Assembly: GCA_037141055.1 (NCBI GenBank) | Contig: JBAXDH010000001.1 | Coordinates: 9,301 to 73,300 of the forward strand | Origin: a bacterium | GTDB taxonomy: Bacteria > Bacteroidota > Bacteroidia > Bacteroidales > FEN-979 | Direction of reading: 5' to 3' | Length of the DNA stretch: 64,000 nt | In this document: positions 17,848-25,887 of the stretch, piece by piece | How the letters are laid out: each line of letters starts with the position of its first letter | How positions within the stretch are numbered: position 1 is the first letter of the stretch | Program-made: the position numbers and the translations under genes | The notes under the pieces: generated by a model | Told to the model about the DNA's origin: nothing | What the model saw: only the letters and a program-made list of their open reading frames with translations | The model's database searches: none

Positions 17848-19799
17848 TGGAATTGTGGATCGGAGCGGTGAACCTTGGCATACTGTACGCCTTCATGGCC
17901 ATCGGCACGTATATTACCTATAAACTCTACTCTTTTCCCGACATCACCATCGACGGTACTTTTACCACCGGGGCGGCCGTTGCATCCATCCTGGTTGTGG
18001 ATGGCTGGAACCCGATGCTCGTCCTGCCGGTTGCATTCCTGGTAGGTTCCCTCGCCGGGTTTGTCACCGGTTTTATTCACACGCGGTTTAAAATTGAAGG
18101 ATTGCTTGCCGGAATCCTGGTCATGACGGGGCTCTATTCGGTGAACCTCCACATCATGGGAAAATCCAACATCCCGTTGATGAACAGCAGCACCTTCGTT
18201 TCAATACTTTCATCGATGAATCCCGGGATGAACCCGGAACTGTGGAGTTGCATCTTCCTGGTGATGCTCATGCTGGTCTTCTGGATGGCGGTTTCACTGT
18301 TTCTGAATACCGACTACGGGCTCACCATGCGCGCCACCGGGAACAATCCGGTGATGGTAGCCGCCCAGGGTGTATCAGTAAACCGGATGAAGATTTTCGG
18401 GATTGCCCTGGCCAACGGATTTGTAGGGATTTCCGGGGCGCTGGTTGCACAATACCAGGGTTTTGCCGACATCGGGATGGGGACAGGCTCCATCATTTTC
18501 AGCCTCGCCTCCGTGATCATCGGGGAGGCGATACTTCGCCACCGCTCGATGTATGTCCAGATCCTCGGCGTGATCCTCGGCTCAATCATTTTCAGGCTGG
18601 CAGTTGCACTTGCGCTAAATTTCGGAATGAACCCCAATGACCTCAAGCTCATCACTGCATTCTTTGTGCTGATGACCCTGGTCGCCTCCGGATCATTTGC
18701 AACCAGGTCAAACGGCGTATTTAAATATCTTCATGAGGTTTACCGGAGAAACCGGAGAAGTTTTGTGATCATTTTCCTGTGTGTGGTGGTCTTCCTGGCC
18801 GGGTACTCGATCCGCAAACAGAAACAGGCGGTAACCGAAGACGTGAAGATGGTGAAGATCGGGATCATCATGGCCAACAACAGCGATATCGTTTCAAAAA
18901 CACGCGACGGCATCATGAGTGAACTGGGGAAACTTGGCTATGTAAGCGGAAAAAACTGCATCATCCTGGAGCAGAATGCAGAGGGTGACATCCCGACAAA
19001 CCAGACCATCATCGACCATTACCTGAATGAGAAGGTCGATATTTTTGTTCCTGTATCGACCGCTTCCACGCAGGCAGCTCTCAATAAAATCAAAGACCGG
19101 CCGATCATATTTGCCACGGTTGCAAATCCGTTTGTGATCGGCGCAGGCACCACTCCGGTCGACCACCCGGCCAACGTCACAGGAGTTTACGGTTCTTCAC
19201 CAATAAAGGAGCTGCTGGGAGTTTTCAGGAAAATGCATTCCGGCAAGGTGAAGATCGGAACCATCTATAACCCGGCTTATCCCAATACGGTATCCAACCT
19301 GAAAGATCTGAAAAAGGCGCTGCAGGACGATCCCGATATCTCGCTGGAGGAGGTTACGGTGTCGAATTCAAATGATGTTTACCAGGCAGCCCTGGCACTG
19401 TCGTCAAAGAAAATTGCAGCCTTTGTCCTGATCAATGATCTTACGGTCTTCAATTCTTTCGAATCCGTGGTCAGGATTTCAAAAAACAACAGGATCCCGA
19501 TTTTTACCTGCGACGCGGAAAGACTGAAGGACGGGGCCCTGGTTGTTTACGGATTTGAATATTTTGTGAGTGGCATGCAGGCTGCGCATCTCATCGACCG
19601 CATCCATCGCGGGGAAAGCCCTGCGCATATCCCGTTCGAGAAATATAAAATAGTTACGTACGGCATTAATTTTGACGTTGCCAGGGAACTTGGTGTGATC
19701 ATCCCTTCATCGGTTCAATCGGAAGCGGATGCATCGGTGAAGAACGGCATTTTGACCAAACAGCCGTTTGTGCTGCCGGAAGAAAAAAAAGTTCAATAA
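17847..19799 (+). CDS. ABC transporter permease (COG4120-type) fused to a COG2984-type substrate-binding domain
   Basis: The N-terminal ~290 aa are a multi-TM branched-chain-type permease. An extra TM follows (FVIIFLCVVVFLAGYSI). Then comes a ~320-aa ABC_sub_bind-like domain (KIGIIMANNS..., FVPVSTASTQAAL, IFATVANP, IPIFTCD). Confidence 0.8.
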   Translation: MELWIGAVNLGILYAFMAIGTYITYKLYSFPDITIDGTFTTGAAVASILVVDGWNPMLVLPVAFLVGSLAGFVTGFIHTRFKIEGLLAGILVMTGLYSVNLHIMGKSNIPLMNSSTFVSILSSMNPGMNPELWSCIFLVMLMLVFWMAVSLFLNTDYGLTMRATGNNPVMVAAQGVSVNRMKIFGIALANGFVGISGALVAQYQGFADIGMGTGSIIFSLASVIIGEAILRHRSMYVQILGVILGSIIFRLAVALALNFGMNPNDLKLITAFFVLMTLVASGSFATRSNGVFKYLHEVYRRNRRSFVIIFLCVVVFLAGYSIRKQKQAVTEDVKMVKIGIIMANNSDIVSKTRDGIMSELGKLGYVSGKNCIILEQNAEGDIPTNQTIIDHYLNEKVDIFVPVSTASTQAALNKIKDRPIIFATVANPFVIGAGTTPVDHPANVTGVYGSSPIKELLGVFRKMHSGKVKIGTIYNPAYPNTVSNLKDLKKALQDDPDISLEEVTVSNSNDVYQAALALSSKKIAAFVLINDLTVFNSFESVVRISKNNRIPIFTCDAERLKDGALVVYGFEYFVSGMQAAHLIDRIHRGESPAHIPFEKYKIVTYGINFDVARELGVIIPSSVQSEADASVKNGILTKQPFVLPEEKKVQ

Positions 19800-19853
19800 G
19801 CAAATATGCGTGACATGTTTCATCAAACCACCAATATGCTTTAAGCGGCCCTT

Positions 19854-20666
19854 ATGATTGCAATAACAAATGTGACTAAAACCTTTAATCCCGGAAGCAT
19901 CGACAAGGTTGAAGCCCTTAAGATGATCAGCCTTGACGTTAAGGAACATGAATTCGTTACAGTTATCGGGACCAACGGTTCCGGAAAATCGACCCTGCTG
20001 AATATGATTGCAGGCAACATCCTGCCCGACAGCGGAACCATTTCGATCGACGGGAGGGATGTTACGAAGAAGCAGGATTTTCAGCGGGCGAAGTACATCG
20101 CCCGGGTTTTTCAGAATCCGTATTCAGGTACCGCCCCCGGAATGACGATTGCAGAAAACCTGCTGATGGCGTGGTTTCGGGGCAAACACCGCTATCCCCT
20201 CACCAGTTTGAAAGGGAACCTGAAAATCCGGTTCAGGGAACAGCTTGCCTCCCTGGACATGCAGCTCGAAGACCGGCTTGAAAATCTTATGGGAAGCCTT
20301 TCAGGCGGGCAGCGCCAGGCAGTTACCCTGTTGATGGCCGTGCTGCAGACACCAGGGGTGTTGCTCCTTGATGAACATACGGCAGCGCTTGATCCTAAAA
20401 CAGCCGGCCAGGTTATTCAATTAACCAGTAAATTTGTAGCGGCAAACAGGCTTACTGTCATCCTGGTCACGCATTCCATGCAACAGGCACTCGCCATGGG
20501 TTCCAGGATTATCATGATGCACAAGGGCAGGATTATTGAGGATTTCAGCGGGGAAGAGAAGAAACGTTTGACGGCGGAAGATCTGTTGATTAAGTTTGAA
20601 GATATCAGGAAACTTGAAAAACTTACGCCTGAACTGATTGAAAACATGAAAAATCAATATATCTGA
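19854..20666 (+). CDS. ABC transporter ATP-binding protein (COG1101-type)
   Basis: Walker A GTNGSGKST, Q-loop, signature LSGGQRQA, Walker B LLLDEHTAALD and H-loop VTHSM. Confidence 0.9.
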   Translation: MIAITNVTKTFNPGSIDKVEALKMISLDVKEHEFVTVIGTNGSGKSTLLNMIAGNILPDSGTISIDGRDVTKKQDFQRAKYIARVFQNPYSGTAPGMTIAENLLMAWFRGKHRYPLTSLKGNLKIRFREQLASLDMQLEDRLENLMGSLSGGQRQAVTLLMAVLQTPGVLLLDEHTAALDPKTAGQVIQLTSKFVAANRLTVILVTHSMQQALAMGSRIIMMHKGRIIEDFSGEEKKRLTAEDLLIKFEDIRKLEKLTPELIENMKNQYI

Positions 20667-21913
20667 TGAAAAAATTTCAATTCATTTTTTTCCTGATCCT
20701 TTTCCTGGCCGGGAGTATCGCTTGCAACAAGCAGAAGGTAAGCTATATGCCTTACGGGGGACAGGAAATCCGCGTGGGGGTACTGCTGCCCCTTACCGGA
20801 ACGGGATATTCATCCGGCCAGGGCATGAAAGCATCCCTGGAACTTGCCTTGCAGGATATCAATGGATATTTTGCCGAGGACGGTATCCAGGAAAAGCTCG
20901 TTCTCAGCATTGTTGATACAAAAACAGATACCGCAGAGGCGTTGAAACAGCTGAAAATCTTTTTTGAGAATGGGATCCGCCTGGTCGTCGGGCCATACAG
21001 CAGTGCAGAACTGGCTCACATTAAGGCATTTGCCGATTCCCACGGGATATTGGTCGTAAGTCCGTCGAGCGTAGCTGTATCCCTGGCAATCCCGGACGAC
21101 AACATCTTCCGGTTTGTCACTTCGGATGTAATCCAGGGCAGGGCCATGAGCAAAATGTTATCCGAAGATAATATTAAAGTGATTTTGCCGCTGATCAGGG
21201 ATGATGTGTGGGGCAACGACCTGGTTGCAGCCACCAGCAATGATTTTATCAAAGGAGGAGGGTCGGTGCAGCCTCCCGTCAGATACGCACCGGGTACCGC
21301 CGATTTTTCCGGTGTGCTCGAACAGCTTGATGTTGAACTGGCATCCGAATTGACGCATCACAATCCCAATGAAGTGGCCGTATACATGCTTTCATTTGCA
21401 GAAGGAACGCAGATTATGGCACAAGCCAGACAACATGCGCACCTCAACAATGTATACTGGTACGGTGGTTCTGCATTTGCACAAAACGCCTCCATGCTGG
21501 GCGACACAAACGCGGCGTTGTTTGCATACACGCACGGGCTGCCATGTCCGCTGTTCGGGCTGGATGATGGCGCCGTGAACAAATGGCAGCCCCTGAAGGA
21601 CCGGATTCTGTCAGTCATCGGCCGTAATCCCGATGTTTATGCCTTTAATGCCTACGACGCTTTATGGGTGCTGGTTCGGGCATACCGGGCCGGCGGTTAT
21701 GACCTGTCTATAGAGCCTTTAAAAAAGATTTTTGTCAACGAAGCGGATAATTATTTCGGAACGTCGGGAAATACGCAACTGGACGTAAATGGCGACAGGG
21801 CTTACGGGAACTATGATTTCTGGGCCGTGAAAACGGATTCGGCGGGCTATTGCTGGAAGCGCGTTGCCCGGTATAATTCGCTTCACGGTACGATTACCAG
21901 GCTGGTTGAGTAA
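20666..21913 (+). CDS. type-1 periplasmic binding protein (LIV-binding-like) lipoprotein
   Basis: Lipobox LAGSIAC. IRVGVLLPLTGTGYSSGQG...ALELALQDIN and VVGPYSSAE are typical of Peripla_BP_6-like receptors. Confidence 0.7.
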   Translation: MKKFQFIFFLILFLAGSIACNKQKVSYMPYGGQEIRVGVLLPLTGTGYSSGQGMKASLELALQDINGYFAEDGIQEKLVLSIVDTKTDTAEALKQLKIFFENGIRLVVGPYSSAELAHIKAFADSHGILVVSPSSVAVSLAIPDDNIFRFVTSDVIQGRAMSKMLSEDNIKVILPLIRDDVWGNDLVAATSNDFIKGGGSVQPPVRYAPGTADFSGVLEQLDVELASELTHHNPNEVAVYMLSFAEGTQIMAQARQHAHLNNVYWYGGSAFAQNASMLGDTNAALFAYTHGLPCPLFGLDDGAVNKWQPLKDRILSVIGRNPDVYAFNAYDALWVLVRAYRAGGYDLSIEPLKKIFVNEADNYFGTSGNTQLDVNGDRAYGNYDFWAVKTDSAGYCWKRVARYNSLHGTITRLVE

Positions 21914-21933
21914 CGAAGCAAGCCCGGTAAACG

Positions 21934-22410
21934 CTAAAGCCGCTTCACAAAAAACACTTTGCCGTCACCCTCCTTGTAGAAATCGTTGATTTGTGCTTCC
22001 ATCGTGTAGCCGGTCCGGTCGTAGAAATGTCTCGTCGGTGTGTATTTTTCAAGAGTTGAAGTCTCGGCGATCACGATGCGACCGCCCATCTCTTTGATGA
22101 TCCTGTGCGTTTCGCCGATCAGTTCGTTGCCGATTCCGCGACCGCGGTAGTCATTATGCGTTGCGATCCAGTAAAGGTCAAAACTGCCTTCCGTGGCGGC
22201 AACAGGGCCGAAGCAGCTGTAGGAAACGGTTTTCCCGTCGAGTTCGGCAAAAAGGAAATGGTAATCGCTCCGATCGCCCATGTCAAGTCCGTCCTGAACA
22301 AGTTCCACCGCCACGGGAACCTCGAAATCGTAAAAGAAACCGGAGGAAACGATGATATCCCTTACCGTTTCAATATCCTGTGGAATTACTTCCGTGCGAA
22401 AAGTCAGCAT
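21934..22410 (-). CDS. GNAT-family N-acetyltransferase
   Basis: 158 aa with the acetyl-CoA pyrophosphate-binding motif YRGRGIGNEL followed by ...YDRTGY.... Confidence 0.8.
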   Translation of the reverse strand: MLTFRTEVIPQDIETVRDIIVSSGFFYDFEVPVAVELVQDGLDMGDRSDYHFLFAELDGKTVSYSCFGPVAATEGSFDLYWIATHNDYRGRGIGNELIGETHRIIKEMGGRIVIAETSTLEKYTPTRHFYDRTGYTMEAQINDFYKEGDGKVFFVKRL

Positions 22411-22434
22411 GTTTGGTTGTTCTAATATGAGTAA

Positions 22435-23406
22435 TTACCGGGTTGCATCTTCCAGTATCCTTGCAATGACCTCCTCAAAGTCAAGACCTTTCTTTTTTGA
22501 GGCAGCCATGAACCCGCCCGATTCGGAAAGGCATGGGTTGAGGTTGATATCGATCACGAGCGGAACGGAAGCCTCAGTTACCCTGAAGTCGATCCGCACA
22601 TAACCTTTAAGCCCCATTTCAATCCAGCATTTTTTGCAGATGGCGGTCAGTTCGGCCTTCAGCGGTCCATCGCCTTTGCCAGGCCTGAAAGTGCGGCGGG
22701 TGTGCGAATATTCAAAAGATTTATCATCCCATTTCGACTTGTAGCCCATCATCCTGGGTTTTCCTTCAGGATAATCGTGAAAGGTCATTTCTGCAAGAGG
22801 CAGGACTTCCGGCCCGTCGGGGCTGTAAAGGATGGAAATGTTAAACTCCCGGCCTTCGATGAATTCTTCAATGAAATAGTGTTCCCGGCTTTTCCCGCCG
22901 AGTTTTTTAATAAAACCGGCATCCGAACCCATGAAGACGCAATCTTCATCCAGTTCAAGCGACCCCTCTTCCCAGATCGGTTTCACAATATACTTTGTAT
23001 CCGGCCGGAGTTTGTGACATTCATCGATGGAAAAACCCATGGGAGTCTTGACACCGATGGCATTCAGCTCTTTTTTGGCAAGTAATTTATTGGAACACAG
23101 GAACATGGGTACAAGCGGTGAACCGGTATAGGGGACTCGCACATAATTCAGCACTGAATTGGCCAGGAATGTGAATTCGCCTTTATTCCCGATCGTTTCG
23201 GCAAGGTTGAAAATAATATCGGGTTTCATCGACTGAATACGGCCGATGGCTGTTTTTAAATTCAGGTCTATCTGGAGGTACTTAACCTTGTATTTCAGAT
23301 TCGACAATGCAACCGTTACGAGATTGACCTGCTCAATTACATCAGCTTCATCATCTTTCGGGGTCTTCGATAATTTATTGTAAAGTATCAGAACAGTCTT
23401 GCTCAT
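22435..23406 (-). CDS. ATP-grasp ligase (D-Ala-D-Ala-ligase-like), paralogue 2
   Basis: ATP-grasp blocks KYIVKPIWEEGS, IEEFIEGREFNISIL and YVRIDFRV.....PLVIDINLNPCLS. The ATG at 23406 (MSKTVLILYN) was chosen because the 23505 ORF start would overlap the upstream gene by 83 nt. Confidence 0.75.
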   Translation of the reverse strand: MSKTVLILYNKLSKTPKDDEADVIEQVNLVTVALSNLKYKVKYLQIDLNLKTAIGRIQSMKPDIIFNLAETIGNKGEFTFLANSVLNYVRVPYTGSPLVPMFLCSNKLLAKKELNAIGVKTPMGFSIDECHKLRPDTKYIVKPIWEEGSLELDEDCVFMGSDAGFIKKLGGKSREHYFIEEFIEGREFNISILYSPDGPEVLPLAEMTFHDYPEGKPRMMGYKSKWDDKSFEYSHTRRTFRPGKGDGPLKAELTAICKKCWIEMGLKGYVRIDFRVTEASVPLVIDINLNPCLSESGGFMAASKKKGLDFEEVIARILEDATR

Positions 23407-23422
23407 TGCGTGGAGTTGGGTT

Positions 23423-24403
23423 TTATGACAGTCCGGTTCGTTTCCTTGCCGACAGCATGATTTCACCGATGATTCGTTCAAAATCATATCCATGTTTATA
23501 GGCAAGGATGGGCAGGTCGGAATGAACCCTGTCTAGGCCGGCAAGCGGATTTACTTCTATAAAATTCGGGGTTCCGAACCGGTCGACCCGGATGTCGACT
23601 CTTCCCCCGTCGCGGCACCCGAGCACCTGCCAGGTTTTTAAAGCCAGGTCGGCGCATTTGTCGGAAATTTCCTGCTCAGGGACCTTGTATTCAACTACAT
23701 CCAGGTAGTCGGATTTTGTCTGGTAGGAATAAATGTTTTTCGTCTCTTCCGACCGGTAAAGGATTTCCATCGTGCCAACAGCATAAGCCCCGCTGCCGGT
23801 TCCAAGAACTCCTGTCGTAAATTCACGGCCGGGCAGGAATTCCTCAACCAGGAGCCCCGACGGATACCGGGATAACAGGTCACTGCAGATGCTGTTTAGT
23901 TCTTCAGGGCTGTTTACCTTCGACAGGGCGTTGATCCCTTTCCCGGTACCCTCAGCGTTTGGTTTTACGAACAGCGGATACGGAAGATCGACATCTTTGC
24001 AATCTTCTATTTTCTCAATGATGACAAATCCGGGTGTGGGAATTCCGTAATCCCTGACAACCCGCTTGGTCAGTCCTTTGTGCAGCGTCAGCGACAGTAC
24101 GAGCGGATCGGAAAAAGTATACGGGATCTGAAAAACATCGAGCAGGGCCGGAACCTGGGCTTCACGGCCGATGCCGTGCATGCCTTCGCAGATATTGAAA
24201 ACCATGTCCCAGCGATCGCCGGCGGCAAGCCGTTTAACCAGGTGACGAACATGTCCGATCCTGTCCGTTTGATATCCAAGGGTTTGCAGCGCCAGTTCGA
24301 TGGCCTCAACAGTGCTTTCACGGTCAAATTCCGCTGTCTCCTCTTCACTGTAGCCCTCCTTCCGGTAATCCGACCGCAAATCGTACGTTAATCCGATGTT
24401 CAT
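23423..24403 (-). CDS. ATP-grasp ligase (D-Ala-D-Ala-ligase family), paralogue 1
   Basis: LFVKPNAEGTGKGI, VEEFLPGREFTTGVLG and GGRVDIRVDRFGTPNFIEVNPLAGL give the Ddl-like ATP-grasp architecture. Confidence 0.8.
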   Translation of the reverse strand: MNIGLTYDLRSDYRKEGYSEEETAEFDRESTVEAIELALQTLGYQTDRIGHVRHLVKRLAAGDRWDMVFNICEGMHGIGREAQVPALLDVFQIPYTFSDPLVLSLTLHKGLTKRVVRDYGIPTPGFVIIEKIEDCKDVDLPYPLFVKPNAEGTGKGINALSKVNSPEELNSICSDLLSRYPSGLLVEEFLPGREFTTGVLGTGSGAYAVGTMEILYRSEETKNIYSYQTKSDYLDVVEYKVPEQEISDKCADLALKTWQVLGCRDGGRVDIRVDRFGTPNFIEVNPLAGLDRVHSDLPILAYKHGYDFERIIGEIMLSARKRTGLS

Positions 24404-24406
24404 GGG

Positions 24407-25678
24407 TTATTGGGTAAAATCGGGATACCTGAAAACCTTGTCTTCGTAGTTTTTCAGCAATACGTAGTCGTCTTCGCGGCCGATAAAATAATCGGGAAGG
24501 AGGGGAATCTTGCCTCCGCCTCCCGGGGCATCAACCACGTACGTGGGAACGGCATATCCGCTGGTATGGCCGCGCAGACCCCTTATTATTTCGAGCCCTT
24601 TTTCAATGGTCGTGCGGAAATGGCCGGATCCGACCACCGGGTCGCATTGATACAGGTAATATGGGCGGACCCTTATTTTCAGCAATGCATGCATGAGGTT
24701 CTTCATTACCTGCACATCATCGTTGATCCCTTTGAGTAAAACGGTCTGGCTGCCCAGTGGAATGCCGGCATTGGCAAGCCTTTCACAAGCCTCCCTTACT
24801 TCCGGCGTGATTTCATCGGCATGGGTGAAATGAATGCTCATGAAAACCGGATGATACTTTTTCAGCATGTTGACGAGGGGCCGTGTGATGCGTTGCGGCA
24901 GCACTGCCGGTACTTTTGTGCCAATGCGGATTATCTCGACATGCGGGATGTTTCGCAAACGCGAGAGCAGGTATTCAACATGCAGATCGGGCATGGTAAG
25001 CGGATCGCCTCCTGAAACCAGCACGTCACGAACCTCCGGGTGCTGTTCGATGTAATTCAGTCCTGCCTCCCACGATTTGACCCCGATGTGGCATTTGTTC
25101 TTGGCAACCATCCGGGTGCGGGTGCAATAGCGGCAATAGGTGGAACAAAAACCGGTGACAAGGAACAGCACCCTGTCGGGGTACCGGTGAACGATATTCG
25201 GCACCGGGCTGTCATGTTCTTCCGACAAAGGATCGGAAGCTTCACCGGGGTGTAACAGGAATTCATCAAATACCGGCACAACGCTTTTGCGCAGGGCCTG
25301 TTCCGGGTTGTCCGGGTCCAAAAGGCTGATATAATAGGGGGAAATTCTCAATGGCAATGACTGCCCTGCCGCACCATCGGGTTTTACTTCATTGTCCGAC
25401 AGTCTGATAAACCTTGACAGTTGGTTGATGGACCGGGCACTGTTTTTAATTTGCCAGTGCCAGCTGTTCCAGTCCCTTGCCGTTGCTTCAGGAAAATAAG
25501 TCTGCAAAAACGAAAGAGATCGTTCACTGATGGTGGTTTTATCGCGATCACCGCGCGATTTTAAATATTCGTCTAAAAGGGATGCTTCATCTATGAAGGT
25601 GGGCTGACCTGGGGGTTCTTCTTCTTCGGATAACTCGGGACGGGTAATAACCAGTTTCTCAGTTGGATTTTTTTCCAT
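24407..25678 (-). CDS. kamA: lysine 2,3-aminomutase (KamA-family radical SAM/PLP enzyme)
   Basis: Radical-SAM cluster CSTYCRYCTR and PLP-lysine block VVDAPGGGGK. The YQCD and VVD aspartates are spaced 37 residues apart, as for the epsilon-amino-binding D293/D330 of Clostridium LAM. The overall block order is that of LAM. Confidence 0.9.
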   Translation of the reverse strand: MEKNPTEKLVITRPELSEEEEPPGQPTFIDEASLLDEYLKSRGDRDKTTISERSLSFLQTYFPEATARDWNSWHWQIKNSARSINQLSRFIRLSDNEVKPDGAAGQSLPLRISPYYISLLDPDNPEQALRKSVVPVFDEFLLHPGEASDPLSEEHDSPVPNIVHRYPDRVLFLVTGFCSTYCRYCTRTRMVAKNKCHIGVKSWEAGLNYIEQHPEVRDVLVSGGDPLTMPDLHVEYLLSRLRNIPHVEIIRIGTKVPAVLPQRITRPLVNMLKKYHPVFMSIHFTHADEITPEVREACERLANAGIPLGSQTVLLKGINDDVQVMKNLMHALLKIRVRPYYLYQCDPVVGSGHFRTTIEKGLEIIRGLRGHTSGYAVPTYVVDAPGGGGKIPLLPDYFIGREDDYVLLKNYEDKVFRYPDFTQ

Positions 25679-25816
25679 TTTATTTTTCTCGGTTTTGAGG
25701 TAGATTAATGATGTCCCCTGCCTGTAAAGTAAATGCTTAACATGGTATAAATCAATATATTATGATTGAAAATTGAGGTCATCGCAGGTCTTGAAATTTC
25801 ACTTGCAAATAGGGGA

Positions 25817-25834
25817 CAAATTTACGTACTTTTG
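25817..25834. promoter_or_regulatory. back-to-back candidate Bacteroidota -7 boxes (TAnnTTTG) for the divergent kamA operon and hydrolase gene
   Basis: The sequence is CAAATTTACGTACTTTTG. The minus strand gives TAAATTTG and the plus strand gives TACTTTTG, about 54 nt upstream of the 25888 ATG. This is motif match only. Confidence 0.3.
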
Positions 25835-25887
25835 ACACCTCGAAACGATTTTTTTTCAACAAAATTGTGTTAATAAATAGTTATGAA

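Noticed and set aside
23407-23505. 83-nt overlap between the two ATP-grasp genes, which could hint at a frameshifted single gene or programmed frameshift
   Set aside because: An in-frame ATG at 23406 (MSKTVLILYN...) gives a normal ATP-grasp N-terminus 16 nt after the upstream stop. The two proteins are each full length (~325 aa) and clearly different.
25679-25866. Possible lysine riboswitch or other leader RNA upstream of kamA
   Set aside because: Reading the minus strand, I could not find the conserved L-box core segments or a convincing multi-helix fold. This cannot be excluded without an Infernal/Rfam scan, so it is mentioned only as a check under the promoter finding.
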